Source of the DNA: a virus
Lineage: Duplodnaviria; Caudoviricetes
DNA length: 64,000 nt
IMG/VR virus record: IMGVR_UViG_3300048998_000202
Strand: one strand, 5' to 3'
Shown: positions 16,113 to 27,017 of the stretch, piece after piece
Layout: the number at the start of each line of letters is the position of its first letter
Position numbering within the stretch: position 1 is the first letter of the stretch
The notes under the pieces: model-generated
What the model saw: only the letters and a program-made list of their open reading frames with translations
What the model was told of the DNA's origin: nothing
Databases searched by the model: none
Program-made: the position numbers and the translations under genes

Positions 16113-19100
16113 GTCGGGTCCTCGTCTTCGTCAAGGGCGGCGTAATGGGTGTCGGCGATGTCGAGCCGGTCCAGGTTGGCGGCCTGCACGCTCGCGCCCT
16201 CGTTGATGATCGCAGCCTGCTCGTGGGGGCTGTAGTTCTTCAGCGCCAGCTTGGAGAGCATCGCACGGGCCTGGAGTGCGATCTCGGCCCCGTCTCCGGT
16301 GCCCCGTACGGGGCTTGAGGAGCCGTCAGAGGACAGGTAGGAGGCGTGGCTCTGGAACTGGGCGATGAGGTCCTCCAGGGACCCCACAGCGGCCGTACGG
16401 GGCGGGGTGAGGGATTCGTCGTCGGTCAGGTCCAGGCCGTCGCCGTCGGTGAAGGGCAGGGCGCCTTCGGGTTCCATGTGAAGGGTGGCCTCGGCGCCAG
16501 GGGTGAGCTCCTGGTGCTCGGGCATACCGGGGTGTCCCGGGGGCATGGCGCCGCCCTCCCCTCCCTTGGGGCCGGAGGGGCGGGGCGGTCCGAATCCCTC
16601 CCCGAGCATGGAGATCGCCTCCGAGGTCATCGGGACGTCCCTCAGGGCCCGCCAGTACGCCGTCACGCCGTTCTCCAGGGGGGTGTCCTCGGTGCCGGGG
16701 CTGGAGGCCAGGGGGTCGTCGGACTGGGCGATCTGCTGGGGGATGGACGCGATCCGGTCGCCCAGTTCGTTGGGGGTGATGGATCCCCAGTTGTCGGGGT
16801 CGGACTGGGAGGCCCAGCCGGTGGAGCCGGGGTTCTCGGCGAGGTTGCGGGGCTTGGTGGGACCCGGGGTGTAGTTCGGTGCGGCCGGAGTGGGCTCTCC
16901 CCAGGGGGAGTTGATCGCGGCCTCGTGGTGGGCGCCGTCAGGGAAGTCGTGCCGCACCCAGTCCCCGTTGCCGCGAGGGCGCCAGGAAACGCCCTTGAGG
17001 TGGACGGGAGCACCGGCTTTCAGAGGGACCTCGGCGTCGTCGTGGTCACCCATGGAGATGACGTCTTGTGCGACCAGTTCTTCGGGGTCGGTCTCGATGT
17101 GCTTCTTGGCCGGGGTGTGGGCGTGCAGCACCACATGGGTGTTGTTGTCACGACTGTCGCTGACGCCTGAGTAGTGGGCGGCCTGGTCCTTGTCCGGCGT
17201 CCAGTGCGTCCCGAGTCCCTGGTCCGAGAGATGCGTCGAGAGGGCCTGGGCTCGCTCCGCGACCGGCCGGGAATCGTCGTGCACCACGCTGTGCACGTCC
17301 GACGGCAAGTGGACCGCCATGCCCCGGTGCAGGGTGTCCCCCAGGCGTGGGTGGATGGAGTCCCAGTCGGTGTAGACGGACTCGTGGGCCCGCTTGGTCT
17401 CGCCGTCGGAGTGCTCACCGTCGTAGCAGTGCTTGTTGTGGCACTGGTAGACGGGATCGCCCCATTCGTCACGGTGGAAGCGAGACCCCTCCTCGTCCTC
17501 CTCATACTCCGGTTCGTGGTGGTCGGGTTCGTCTTGCTCTTGGGCTGCCGTCAGGCCGTGCATGCCCAGCAGGAACGCGAACTCCTCGGGGTCGTGACCC
17601 TGGGCGCGGGACCACTGGGCGAGCGCCACCAGCGGAGTGACCTCGATCTCCCGGGCAGAAGACCGCACCAGCTTGTTGTCGCCGGAATCGATGTCGTAGC
17701 GAAGGACGACCTTCTTCGGCACCCACTCCGGCTTGGCCGAGTCCTCGGTGACGTCCCTGCCGAACATCCCCCGGGACTGGGCCTCGTACTGGAGGGCCAG
17801 AGCGTGGGAGCACATGCGCCCGGCGAACCGCGAGAAGTCGTCGTTGGCGCCCCAGTGGTAAGCGCCCCACTTGCAGCCGCAGGTGTACGTGGCCACCGAG
17901 TGCCGGGAGCCGGGGAAGCGCTGTACCCCGGTCTCGTAGACATGGTGGTCCCCCTGGACCTCGCCGAAGACCACGCCGTCCGAGGCGAGGGTGATGCGGA
18001 CCTTGCCCTCGGAGCGGATGCGCTTGGCCTTGCGCTGGACATCGGCCCACGCCGAGGTGAAGTGGAACCGGAACTCGGGGTCGATTCCGGCTTCGGCGAT
18101 CAGCGCGTACGGATTGAACGCGGCCTTCTTGCGGCCGTTAGTCGGGCGCCCGTCCTCGTCCCACTCGGTGCCGTCGTCATAGGTACCGCCGGAGCCCGTC
18201 ATGGCGTCGGCGTCAGTAGACCCCTGAGAGATGATCTCCTCCTCCGGGGCCTCGTCGGCTATGTCGGCGAACGAGCCGTCCTGCTGGTTGGCCTGCTTAC
18301 GCTGCACCTTCGGGGGCTCGTAGTCCTCGTCCCCCGGGTCCCGGGCCAGGCGGTGCGGTTTGGCCCCGGGGAAGAACAGGTGCTTGTGGTCGATCCAGTC
18401 CCCGACGCGCTTGACGTTGTTCAACAGCGGCTCGCCATCGTGGCCCACCCCCACCATGTGACCCTGGACGAGGTGGCCCGTCTCCGAGGGCCGGTCATTG
18501 CCGTTGAACCTGTTTCTCTCGGCACGAGCAGCCCGACCCTGCATCTCCTCGTGGGTGTCATTGCCGTACTCGTCGTTGAAGGCGTCCATATTGCAGTTGT
18601 CGTCGCAGTACTCGTCGTGCTCGTGCCCACGGGAGTAGTTCGAATCCGGGTCCACGGGGTGTCCATGGTGGTCCAGGTCGTAGACGCTGACGCCGTCTTC
18701 CTTGGCCCCGGTGACATTGTTGGTGGACCGCTCGTCCGCGCGCCAGTCCCCGAAGCGAAGGTAGGTCGGCGAGGGTTCCGCCGCTCCCAGACGACGCTCG
18801 GCGGTGCCGTAGTCGTGCAGGTTCACCGCCCCGATGTGCAGAGCACCGTCGTCGGTGACCTTGTGCACGATGCGGTGACCCCGGGACGCCTTGGTGGCGT
18901 ACCAGCCCTTCAGCGGATGCCGCAGATCATGCGTCTGAAGGTTCGGGGCCCCAGCGGCCAGGGCGTCGATGGTGGCGCCGATCTGCTTCTGGGAGGGCTT
19001 GTCGAGCTTGCCCAGCTCCTTGGCGGCAGCCGGGTGGAAGGTTACAGGCCGAGATTCAGCCGGAGCTGCTCCCACTTCACCGGGGGCTCCTGGCTGTTCT

Positions 19101-21730
19101 CCCGCTCCTGCATCGTCTTGACCAGATCCGGGTCGGGTTCGAGGCTTCCCACGACCCGCAGTCCGTCCTCCGTCATGTACGCCATGGGGCTCGCCTCCGC
19201 TCTGCTCATCAAGTCCACCCTCCAGGGTACTCCAGGAATTGTTGGGGTGCAACGTCTCCACGAAGGCACCCTCGGCCGACATCTGCCCGTAGTGCGACCC
19301 GTCCACCAGGTGGTGGTGGGTGTACTGGCTCGGGTACGACGGCGGGTACTGGGTGTCCGGGTCGGCCGCGCCCTCGGCCCACGAGATGCCGTGGTGCAGG
19401 CCGCCGTTGCCCTCGTGGCCGTGCAGGATCACGTGCGTGGGCGGGTGCGGGTGCGCCCCCTGCTCGTGCAGGGCGTCCGCATCCACGTCCGCGTCGATCT
19501 CCGCGTCGGAGGGGTCCTCGTGGTCGTCGTTGAACAGGTGCGCGTTGCCGACCTTGGAGTACAGGTGCCGCGCCCGATCCACCATCGGCTTGGACTTGTC
19601 GTGGACGAAGGCGTGGTCCTCGGGGCTCAGGTGCACCGCCGCGCCCGTGTGGGTCTCCGGGGCGGGCTTGGGCTCCAGCAGGTGCACGCCCTGCGCCTGG
19701 TGCTCCTCCTGGAGGGCCTGGGCGTCGGAGTGCGAGACGTGCTCGCCCGAGGGCAGGTGGAAGTCCGCCTTCTTGATCGGCGGCCCGTGGTAGCCCTGCT
19801 CGTTCGGGTCGTTGTGGTCGGTCCACACGTGCTCGCCCGGCACGTGTGCGGTCAGCACCGGCCAGTCGTTCTCCGGGTCGTTGTCGTTCGCGGCGTGCTC
19901 GTGGGCGTAGTCGGGGCTGGTGGAGACCCAGTCGCCCTTGTTGATGTCGTGTATCCCGTGCGGGACGGCCCGGTAGATCTGGATGTGCCCGTGGTCCCCG
20001 AAGTGGCTGTGGCCCTCGTCCGGACCGGGCGCCTGGTGCATCATCGAGTACTCACCGGCCGTGACGTGGTGCGCCCAGGGGGCATCCGTCTCCCGGCCCT
20101 CGTGTCCCCACACCGGCTTGGACACCGCCGTCACCCCTGTGATGTGCACCGGAGCGCCCGTACGGACCGTGCGCTCCTGCTCGTGGCCACCGTCGAAGAT
20201 CTCGTGCTGATCAGCGTAGTCCTGCCACTCCGGAGTGCCGTGCTGCACGACGTGCTCGGGATCCACCCGGCCGTGCAGGATCACCCCGTGGGTGTGCGGG
20301 GTGGCGTCGTCCTCGTCCTCCTCGTGGGCCAGGGCGAAGTTGTGCGAGGTGTACGGGTCGGTGGACCAGTGGATGCCCGCCTCGTGCCCCCGGAAGCCCT
20401 TCTGGTTCAGGTAGCCGACCGGATCGGCGTGCAGGCGCTCCACGTCCTCGTCGCTGGCCAGCCCCAGGTTCAGCCCCCGGTGGACCTCCTCGCCGCCGAC
20501 GGAGCCGTGGACCGTACGTCCCTTCTGCACAGTCTTGCCCCGGGTGTAGCTGTCCCACCACGCCTTGCCGTCGTTCGTACGCTCGCCGTGGTCGATCGCG
20601 TGGGGGTGACGACGCTGCATCTCATCCATGAGTGCGGACGCGACCCCCTTGCCCCGGTGCGCCTCGGCAGTGTCGAGACCCTCCACCCGGACCTTCTGGT
20701 TCTTCTTGAACGGCACCAGGTAGGTCAGCGTGCCCATGTGCTCGCCGGTCTCCGGGTGCAGCGCGTGGAGCTTGACCCTGTCGTCGAAGGTGCTGCCGCC
20801 ATAGTCGGCGGTATCGGCAGTGAAGGTCGGCTGCACCTTCTCGGCCGCCGCGTATTTGGCTACACTCGCAGTACCCCGAAGAAAGGCGCTGTCGTGGCCC
20901 GCTCCCCCATGCCCATCCTCGAACGCTTCCTGAGCCACGTCGATGCGTCGCCTGATCCCGAAACCTGCGACATGTGGAACGCCCGGACGAACCGCCTCGG
21001 GTACGGCCAGTTCTGGGACGGCACCTACACCGCCTCCGAACGCCCCCGGATGGTCGATGCCCACCGATGGATCTACCTCCACACCCATGGACCCACGCGC
21101 CTGCATGTACGCCACACGTGCGACATACGCGCCTGCGTCAAGCTCGGGCATCTCATATCCGGCACCCAAGCCGACAACATGCGAGACCGCGACTCCCGAG
21201 GCCGGGGCGTCGTACCCGACATGCGGGGTTTCGCCCGAGGCCACGGCACCAAACTCACCGCTGAGCAGGTGCTGGAGATTCGCACTCGCGCCACCGGCCA
21301 GTGGGGAGAACAGCGCCGCCTCGCCCGGGAGTTCGGAGTGGGTCATCAGACCATCAGCGCGATCCTCTCCGGAAGGCGCTGGGCGGAGTGATCCCATGTG
21401 GACGGGCAGCGCGATGTCGGGCCTGTCGCGCAGTACGTCCGTGAGTTCTTCGTAGTCCTCAGAGGCCAGATGCCCCCCTGCCGCCTGCCGGGTGCCAGTG
21501 GAGTACGGAGAGAGCTGTGAAGGCCCGTACAGGCCCCGTCCAGCCCCACCGTCCAGGATGACGTCATACTCCTCCCCCAAGGCCGGGGAGTAAGTGACCT
21601 CCTCCACCCGCCCGGGGATCCCGTCAACCGTCATCACCCGCTGACCTTGGGAGTACTCGGTGGGGTAGTCCCCCGCCGCCATGCGCGACAGCGCGGTGTC
21701 GTGTGCGCTTTCGCGGCGTCCCAGCCCCAT
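16103..21730 (-). CDS. giant virion cargo/effector polyprotein (GNAT, three ADP-ribosyltransferase-like modules, RelE-like domain, SWIM Zn finger)
   Basis: [19 protein letters not shown]-like HRG..GIHWSTD..EQE, IYRAVP..GDWVSTS..EQGY and LHRG..GTHWT..DAEV. RelE-like [33 protein letters not shown]. Late promoter at 21750-21784. Confidence 0.7.
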   Translation of the reverse strand: MGLGRRESAHDTALSRMAAGDYPTEYSQGQRVMTVDGIPGRVEEVTYSPALGEEYDVILDGGAGRGLYGPSQLSPYSTGTRQAAGGHLASEDYEELTDVLRDRPDIALPVHMGSLRPAPSGEDRADGLMTHSELPGEAALFSPLAGGASANLQHLLSGEFGAVASGETPHVGYDAPASGVAVSHVVGLGAGYEMPELDAGAYVARVAYMQARGSMGVEVDPSVGIDHPGAFGGGVGAVPELAVPEAVRPGVPHVAGFGIRRRIDVAQEAFEDGHGGAGHDSAFLRGTASVAKYAAAEKVQPTFTADTADYGGSTFDDRVKLHALHPETGEHMGTLTYLVPFKKNQKVRVEGLDTAEAHRGKGVASALMDEMQRRHPHAIDHGERTNDGKAWWDSYTRGKTVQKGRTVHGSVGGEEVHRGLNLGLASDEDVERLHADPVGYLNQKGFRGHEAGIHWSTDPYTSHNFALAHEEDEDDATPHTHGVILHGRVDPEHVVQHGTPEWQDYADQHEIFDGGHEQERTVRTGAPVHITGVTAVSKPVWGHEGRETDAPWAHHVTAGEYSMMHQAPGPDEGHSHFGDHGHIQIYRAVPHGIHDINKGDWVSTSPDYAHEHAANDNDPENDWPVLTAHVPGEHVWTDHNDPNEQGYHGPPIKKADFHLPSGEHVSHSDAQALQEEHQAQGVHLLEPKPAPETHTGAAVHLSPEDHAFVHDKSKPMVDRARHLYSKVGNAHLFNDDHEDPSDAEIDADVDADALHEQGAHPHPPTHVILHGHEGNGGLHHGISWAEGAADPDTQYPPSYPSQYTHHHLVDGSHYGQMSAEGAFVETLHPNNSWSTLEGGLDEQSGGEPHGVHDGGRTAGRGKPRTRPGSGQDDAGAGEQPGAPGEVGAAPAESRPVTFHPAAAKELGKLDKPSQKQIGATIDALAAGAPNLQTHDLRHPLKGWYATKASRGHRIVHKVTDDGALHIGAVNLHDYGTAERRLGAAEPSPTYLRFGDWRADERSTNNVTGAKEDGVSVYDLDHHGHPVDPDSNYSRGHEHDEYCDDNCNMDAFNDEYGNDTHEEMQGRAARAERNRFNGNDRPSETGHLVQGHMVGVGHDGEPLLNNVKRVGDWIDHKHLFFPGAKPHRLARDPGDEDYEPPKVQRKQANQQDGSFADIADEAPEEEIISQGSTDADAMTGSGGTYDDGTEWDEDGRPTNGRKKAAFNPYALIAEAGIDPEFRFHFTSAWADVQRKAKRIRSEGKVRITLASDGVVFGEVQGDHHVYETGVQRFPGSRHSVATYTCGCKWGAYHWGANDDFSRFAGRMCSHALALQYEAQSRGMFGRDVTEDSAKPEWVPKKVVLRYDIDSGDNKLVRSSAREIEVTPLVALAQWSRAQGHDPEEFAFLLGMHGLTAAQEQDEPDHHEPEYEEDEEGSRFHRDEWGDPVYQCHNKHCYDGEHSDGETKRAHESVYTDWDSIHPRLGDTLHRGMAVHLPSDVHSVVHDDSRPVAERAQALSTHLSDQGLGTHWTPDKDQAAHYSGVSDSRDNNTHVVLHAHTPAKKHIETDPEELVAQDVISMGDHDDAEVPLKAGAPVHLKGVSWRPRGNGDWVRHDFPDGAHHEAAINSPWGEPTPAAPNYTPGPTKPRNLAENPGSTGWASQSDPDNWGSITPNELGDRIASIPQQIAQSDDPLASSPGTEDTPLENGVTAYWRALRDVPMTSEAISMLGEGFGPPRPSGPKGGEGGAMPPGHPGMPEHQELTPGAEATLHMEPEGALPFTDGDGLDLTDDESLTPPRTAAVGSLEDLIAQFQSHASYLSSDGSSSPVRGTGDGAEIALQARAMLSKLALKNYSPHEQAAIINEGASVQAANLDRLDIADTHYAALDEDEDPTWP
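19042..19209 (-). CDS. overprinted antitoxin-like peptide (55 aa) in an alternative frame of the polyprotein
   Basis: Own TTGCAC/TACCCT promoter with operator (19224-19252) and GGAGG RBS. C-terminus [12 protein letters not shown] ends at the start of the RelE-like domain. Confidence 0.7.
   Translation of the reverse strand: MSRAEASPMAYMTEDGLRVVGSLEPDPDLVKTMQERENSQEPPVKWEQLRLNLGL
20894..21391 (+). CDS. HNH homing endonuclease nested antisense in the polyprotein gene
   Basis: [40 protein letters not shown], followed by [29 protein letters not shown] and TACACT -10 upstream. Start may be ATG 20909. Confidence 0.85.
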   Translation: MARSPMPILERFLSHVDASPDPETCDMWNARTNRLGYGQFWDGTYTASERPRMVDAHRWIYLHTHGPTRLHVRHTCDIRACVKLGHLISGTQADNMRDRDSRGRGVVPDMRGFARGHGTKLTAEQVLEIRTRATGQWGEQRRLAREFGVGHQTISAILSGRRWAE

Positions 21731-21791
21731 GCGTCCTCCTACCGATCCTCACACCTTCCCGGCACTGGACGTGACTAGGACAGCAGCGCCC

Positions 21792-23186
21792 TCAACCCAC
21801 ACGACCGCCGACGTTGGCGTGACGGACCACGGTATTACTGGCGCTGGCCGCGCTCCACTGCCACGTGATCACCAGATCGTTCGAAATCGTGGTGTTGAAC
21901 GTTGACGTCGCCGTGGGAAAGATGATCTGGTTCGCCCCGATCGAGCCGACAACGGTCAGCGTCTGGTTCTGCCAGAAGGCATTCGTGCACGTGCCCGATC
22001 CCCCGGTCGTCAAGCATACGAAATCGGCCTCCGCGATCACGCCCTTGTTCGCCACGTTGGACGAAGTGACGGTCGGGCCCATCGTCGACAGAAGTGTCCC
22101 GGCGATTCCCCCCAGATACAGCCGCAGCGTGTAGGAGGGAGTACCCGTGACAGAACCCCGCAGCAACGTCCTCATGTGGTAGACGGCGCCTGCCGTCGCG
22201 TCGTTCGCAGGAATCGTCAACGTGGCCACCACCGTCTCCGTGATGGAGTTGCTGATGGTCTGCATCGACGCAGGAGACGGCACAGTGAACTGCCGGATCT
22301 GAGTGGCGAGGACCTTACTGTCCGTATCCAACGTGGCCACCCCGGAAGCGACCGCGAGCTGACTGGTGGGGACGGCATTGATATTCGCAGGAGTGACCGA
22401 AACAACGCCCTGCGACCCGTTGACCGACGTGACCCCAGCATGAACGTGATCACCCCGCGCCGCGCTGTTCGTCGCACCGGCCGCATTGGCCGACCCGATG
22501 GCCACGATGGTGCCGGTAGAGCTGTAGAGCTGCTGGGCGCCGTTGAGCTTGCTGGCGCCGTCCAGCCCCGGCACACCACCCGAAGCGTTCTTCGAGGCGC
22601 TCGCAATATACAGAGTGGTCAGATCCGGAATCTGCGACAGAGGGATCTTGGTACTGCCGTCCAGAGAGGCGACGCCACTGGCCGCCGCCTTCTGGGTCAC
22701 CGCCACGTACATACTGCTCAGGTCCGGAATCTGGGCAGTAGGCACCTTCGTGGAACCGTCCAGAGAGGCGACGCCGCTCGCTGCCGCCTTCTGGGTCGTC
22801 GCGATGTACGTCGCCGATAGATCCGGGATGCGGGCCGTGCCGAAGGTCCCCGAGGAGACCTGGGACGCCGGGAGGGGCGGCACCTGGGCCACGGGGACCA
22901 GCGTGCCGGAGTCCAGGGATGCCACCCCATTGGCCGCCGCCCGGGACGTCTTGGCGACATAAGTGGCATCGGTGAAGATCTGGTCCACCGCGCCGACGGT
23001 GCTCGCGTCCAGTTCGACGTTCCCGATCAGTCCGTTGACGGAGGTGACGCCCTCTACGATCGTCGAAGGCAGCTCCGAGGACGGGATCTTCCCGTCCGAT
23101 CCGAGACTGGCCACACCGCTCGCCGCACCGATCTGGGCGGAAGTAACGAAATCCGATGTGTCGTCCACCGTCAGGTGCTTAGGCAT
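21792..23186 (-). CDS. tail fiber/minor virion protein with internal repeats
   Basis: Repeats of KAAASGVASLDGSTK(V/I)P..QIPDL and GVTSVNG..G.V motifs. Confidence 0.75.
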   Translation of the reverse strand: MPKHLTVDDTSDFVTSAQIGAASGVASLGSDGKIPSSELPSTIVEGVTSVNGLIGNVELDASTVGAVDQIFTDATYVAKTSRAAANGVASLDSGTLVPVAQVPPLPASQVSSGTFGTARIPDLSATYIATTQKAAASGVASLDGSTKVPTAQIPDLSSMYVAVTQKAAASGVASLDGSTKIPLSQIPDLTTLYIASASKNASGGVPGLDGASKLNGAQQLYSSTGTIVAIGSANAAGATNSAARGDHVHAGVTSVNGSQGVVSVTPANINAVPTSQLAVASGVATLDTDSKVLATQIRQFTVPSPASMQTISNSITETVVATLTIPANDATAGAVYHMRTLLRGSVTGTPSYTLRLYLGGIAGTLLSTMGPTVTSSNVANKGVIAEADFVCLTTGGSGTCTNAFWQNQTLTVVGSIGANQIIFPTATSTFNTTISNDLVITWQWSAASASNTVVRHANVGGRVG

Positions 23187-23246
23187 GAGCTGCCACCTCC
23201 GGGCAGGTGTGCTGGTCGCGGGGTTGGTCGGGAGTGCGGGAGTGCA

Positions 23247-25361
23247 TCAGACCTCCTGAAGTCCGGAGGCGTAGAACGTCTCGGGGTCGACCTCGATGTG
23301 GCGGCGTACGCCGACCACCTTGGGGTCGGCGAACTTGCCGATGGGGTCCCACTCGCTCAGCGGCACGTCCTCGGGACGCTCGCGCGGCTGGTGATGCTGG
23401 CGGGCGGCCGTACGGGTGCGTTCGGACTGCCGGAAGAGTGCGGCGGGCTTGGGCATCCCCGCGCGCATCTCGTCGGACTCGGGCGGGCGCTGGCTGCCCT
23501 CTGCGGGGGCCTCACCGCCGGTCTCGGTGCCGTCCACGGGGGTGGCGGGCATGCCGGGCATGGGGACGCCTCCGGCGGGCTGGTCGCCCATGAGGTCCAT
23601 CTGGGTGGGGGCGAGGTTGGGGGTGGGGACGACGTCATCGGTGCCGAGCATGGGGGCGCGCATGCCCTCCATGGCGGGGTTGGCGGGAGCCATGGCCTGC
23701 TGGGCTTGGGGCTGGAAGTCCGTCTTGAGGTCGAGGGGGATGGGCAGGCCCTTGTCCTTGAGGCCCTGGTAGATCTTTTTGCGGGTCTCCTGCTCGGCGA
23801 TGGCGAGCTGGACCTGTTCGTCCTGGGTGCGTTCCACCTCGTCGTCGAAGTCGATGCCGGAGGCGGTGAGGCGGGTCTTCATCGAGACGGGGACGCCTGC
23901 GGCACGCAGGGCCTCGAAGAACTCGCGTTCGGCGGACTCGTCGGTGAGGGACATGGTCTGCATGACCAGCTCGGGGACGAGGAGCTTGGGCTGCTCTACG
24001 ATGCGCTCGTTGCCGGTCTCCTCGTCGATTTCGAGGATCTCTTCCATCTTGACGTAGCGCTTGCCGTTGCGTTCGTCGTAGTCGTAGTGCTCCTGGGCTT
24101 CGGCGACGACCAGGGCGCGCTGGTGGAAGTGGCGCTTGATCATGTCCTGGTAGGTGGTGAGGAGCTGGGAGACCAGGTCGCGGTTGAGGGCGTCGGCGGC
24201 GTAGGTCTCGCCGGAGGAGGCGCCGTTGAGCATGGTCTGGGACAGGCCGAAGGACTGGAGTATGCGATCTTCCAGGCGTTCGAAGTCGGCCGTCATGTCG
24301 GGCATGTTCTCCCGGCCGAAGACGGGTTCCATGGTGACGGCGAAGTTGTGGACGAGGGCGCGGAAGTCGGCGGCGAGGGCGGCGTCCAGGGACTCCATGA
24401 ACTCTTCGAGGTCGTCCGGGGTGGGGATCCAGGGGACCTGGGTGCCGAGGTCGGTGGCGGAGGCGCCGAGTTTGACCAGGACCAGAGGGGTGTAGAGGCG
24501 GTCGGCGATGGCGTCCTGGGCGGCGTTGAGCATCTCTTCCTGCATGACGGCTCGCATGGCGCGCATGAGGATGGGGATGCCGCGTTTGGAGAAGGTGTCG
24601 GCCTTGAACTTCATCTGGCGGAGCAGGATGTTGCTGACGGGCATCATGTCGTCGGCCCCGGCGTAGCGGCTGAGCTCGGGGTAGACCTGCATGAGCTTCT
24701 CGTACTCCCAGGCGGGGGAGCGCTTTTGCATGACCTCGCGGATCGTCTCCGGGAGGCGTATGAGGAAGCGGGGGTCCTTGAGGAAGGCGCTGCGCTGGAC
24801 CATGACGTCGTCGGGGTTGAGGAGTTCTTCGTCGTCCCAGATGCCCAGGGACTCGTTGAAGGTGGCGAAGGGCCATGCTTCGCCGACGGTCCAGTATTCG
24901 CGGCCGACGTCGAGGAGGAATTCGTCGTAGTTGAGGCCGTCTTCGGTGAAGAAGAGGTCTTCGTAGAACTGGGTGACCTGTTCGTCCTTGCAGCGCAGTT
25001 CCATGCCGAGCAGGGGGTACTTGGTGTAGATGTCGATGCATGAGGCGATGACGGGGTGGGTCTGGTAGAGCAGGCGGCAGTAGGTGCGGAGTTGCCGGAG
25101 CTGGGATTCGTCGTCGACCTCGTAGGGGAGGTTGTTCTGCTTCCAGTAGAACAGCGGGTCGCGGGGGCGGCCGGTGGCGAAGGCGGTGCTGGGGGTGGCT
25201 GCGGATCCTTGCTTGCGCATGGAGACGCGGCGGTTGGCCTTCATCTGCTGGGCTTCTGGGGTGCCGTCGGTTTGTGCTGTTGCCCCTCGGGTCATGGCCT
25301 TGCCGAGGCGCGCGAAGGCGGCCTGCTGGTAGGCGTCGGGCTCGGAGGGGGTGTCAGGCAC
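23247..25361 (-). CDS. portal protein
   Basis: 704 aa with portal-like helical segments (CRLLYQTHPVIASCIDIYTKYPL; EYWTVGEAWPF; RGIPILMRA; YTPLVLVKLG). Upstream of the head genes. Confidence 0.75.
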   Translation of the reverse strand: MPDTPSEPDAYQQAAFARLGKAMTRGATAQTDGTPEAQQMKANRRVSMRKQGSAATPSTAFATGRPRDPLFYWKQNNLPYEVDDESQLRQLRTYCRLLYQTHPVIASCIDIYTKYPLLGMELRCKDEQVTQFYEDLFFTEDGLNYDEFLLDVGREYWTVGEAWPFATFNESLGIWDDEELLNPDDVMVQRSAFLKDPRFLIRLPETIREVMQKRSPAWEYEKLMQVYPELSRYAGADDMMPVSNILLRQMKFKADTFSKRGIPILMRAMRAVMQEEMLNAAQDAIADRLYTPLVLVKLGASATDLGTQVPWIPTPDDLEEFMESLDAALAADFRALVHNFAVTMEPVFGRENMPDMTADFERLEDRILQSFGLSQTMLNGASSGETYAADALNRDLVSQLLTTYQDMIKRHFHQRALVVAEAQEHYDYDERNGKRYVKMEEILEIDEETGNERIVEQPKLLVPELVMQTMSLTDESAEREFFEALRAAGVPVSMKTRLTASGIDFDDEVERTQDEQVQLAIAEQETRKKIYQGLKDKGLPIPLDLKTDFQPQAQQAMAPANPAMEGMRAPMLGTDDVVPTPNLAPTQMDLMGDQPAGGVPMPGMPATPVDGTETGGEAPAEGSQRPPESDEMRAGMPKPAALFRQSERTRTAARQHHQPRERPEDVPLSEWDPIGKFADPKVVGVRRHIEVDPETFYASGLQEV

Positions 25362-25656
25362 GGTTGGGCTCCTGGGGGACGATGGCTCGGATGGTGTTGC
25401 CGAAGCAGCGGCGGGCGGGCCAGGGGACGCTGGTGGTGTGTTCCAGGGCGGTGAGCAGGCGGTAGTTGTCTGCGCAGGTGCCGCAGAGGTAGATGTGCTC
25501 CCCCGGCTGCTGGGGCACTTCCACGCGATGGACGATCATGGGCCGGGGGCTGTGGAACTTGCTTCCCTGGCAGTCGTGGTCGTGGGTGGCGGGGGTGCCG
25601 GGCAGGATGGCCGTGGGAGTGTCCTGGATGAGCTGGAGGACCTCCCGGGTGATCAC
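25354..25656 (-). CDS. hypothetical Zn-finger protein
   Basis: HDC..H and LCGTC motifs; coupled to the portal gene. Confidence 0.55.
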   Translation of the reverse strand: MITREVLQLIQDTPTAILPGTPATHDHDCQGSKFHSPRPMIVHRVEVPQQPGEHIYLCGTCADNYRLLTALEHTTSVPWPARRCFGNTIRAIVPQEPNRA

Positions 25657-25832
25657 TGCGGGGTTTCTCCTGCCTGGCGCCGGATGGGCTTGGGGCTGAG
25701 TACTCCTCTGCGGAGGAGTTCGTTGGCCTCGGGGTCGTCGGGGGTGAATTGGACGGCTTCACCTCGGGTGTGGGTGGCGGTGGCGTCGGTGTAGTCCACG
25801 AGGACGTAGAGGGTGCGGGGGGTGTCGGTCAT
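25653..25832 (-). CDS. hypothetical 59-aa protein
   Basis: MTDTPRTLYVLVDY... overlapping both neighbours by 4 bp. Confidence 0.55.
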   Translation of the reverse strand: MTDTPRTLYVLVDYTDATATHTRGEAVQFTPDDPEANELLRRGVLSPKPIRRQAGETPQ

Positions 25833-26485
25833 CGTCGGCCTTCCCGGATGCGGTCGAGCACGGTGTCCCGCTGGGCTGGGGTGGCGTGCTTGATGGCGAG
25901 GTGGCGGAGGTAGTTGTCCCAGTTCATGGGGGTTCCGCTGGCGGTGTGGAGGGTGGAGCCCTTGGCGAAGGGGGGTGCGTTGCCGCCGGAGTCGTCGGGG
26001 TCTTCTTCGGGGTCGTCGGGGTCTTGGTCGTCGCCGAAGGGGTTGGCGTCGTCTTGCTGGTCGTCGCCGGGGGGTATGCCGCCTGCCATGGGGTCGGCCA
26101 TGGGGTCTTGGCCGGGGGCGGCTGGGGGGCCGCCGATCTGGCCGGGCATGCCGGGGACCTGCATGGGCATGCCGTCGATGGTCTGGGGGAAGGCCGGGAA
26201 CTGCGGCTGGACCTGGACGGTGAAGGTGGTGTGGCAGTACTCGCATTCGGTGGTGCGGTCGCTGCGGGCGATGACCTGTCCGGAGCCGCAGAAGGGGCAG
26301 TGGAAGATCGTGGCGCCGTCGCCGGAGTCGTGGGCGGTCTTCTGGTGGGCCACGTGGGGTTCCTTCCGCTCCCGGGCTACTGCTTGGTTGCAGCCCTGGC
26401 AGACCATGCGGCCGTCGTCCAGGCGGGTGCGGGGGATGTGGGGGGATGCTTTGCCCCCGCATCGGTCGCAGAATCTGTCGGCCAC
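25829..26485 (-). CDS. Zn-ribbon protein with Pro/acidic linker
   Basis: CDRC, CQGC, CPFC and CEYC pairs. Late promoter at 26496-26530. Confidence 0.6.
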   Translation of the reverse strand: MADRFCDRCGGKASPHIPRTRLDDGRMVCQGCNQAVARERKEPHVAHQKTAHDSGDGATIFHCPFCGSGQVIARSDRTTECEYCHTTFTVQVQPQFPAFPQTIDGMPMQVPGMPGQIGGPPAAPGQDPMADPMAGGIPPGDDQQDDANPFGDDQDPDDPEEDPDDSGGNAPPFAKGSTLHTASGTPMNWDNYLRHLAIKHATPAQRDTVLDRIREGRR

Positions 26486-26528
26486 GGTCCACCTCCACTC
26501 TTTCGGCGGAGAGGGGGCGGGGTGGACA

Positions 26529-27011
26529 TCAGGAGCTGGTGAAGGCGTCTCGGATGAGGGCGGCTGAGGCGAGGCGGATCATCTCGTCGGCTTCGTCTTC
26601 GTCGAGGTGGCTGGCGAGGGAGGTGAAGGAGGTGCTGGTGCGGATGCGTTCGGCGACGAGGGCGAGGGCGTCTTCGGCGATTTCCTGGAAGGAGGCGAGG
26701 CGGCCGGAGTCGGCCATGGCGTTGAGGAGGGCTTCTGAGCCGCCTTCGTCGTATATCTGGCGGGCGGTGAAGGTGCCGAGTCCGGAGACTTCCAGGGAGT
26801 CGTCCAGGGCGTCTTCTACGGCTCCTTGGCGGGGGGTGAGGGGTTCGAGGTCGGTGGTGTCGTGGGGGTGGACTTGGCCTGTGAGGTTGCCGGTTTTCCA
26901 TTGGACGTGGGCGCAGTGGCCGGAGACGGCCAGGACGGACCCCTGGTCGCCGGGGGTCAGGGGTCCGTCGGGTGGGCCGGTGTAGCGGATGCGGGAGCCG
27001 TCGTGGATCAC
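26529..27011 (-). CDS. hypothetical protein, SH3-like N-terminus
   Basis: GSRIRY..GDQGSVLAV..HVQW pattern. Confidence 0.55.
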   Translation of the reverse strand: MIHDGSRIRYTGPPDGPLTPGDQGSVLAVSGHCAHVQWKTGNLTGQVHPHDTTDLEPLTPRQGAVEDALDDSLEVSGLGTFTARQIYDEGGSEALLNAMADSGRLASFQEIAEDALALVAERIRTSTSFTSLASHLDEDEADEMIRLASAALIRDAFTSS

Positions 27012-27017
27012 AGGCGG

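Noticed and set aside
25053-25085. Guide D matching portal RLLYQTH
   Set aside because: About 4 of 9 dinucleotides match, which is too weak.
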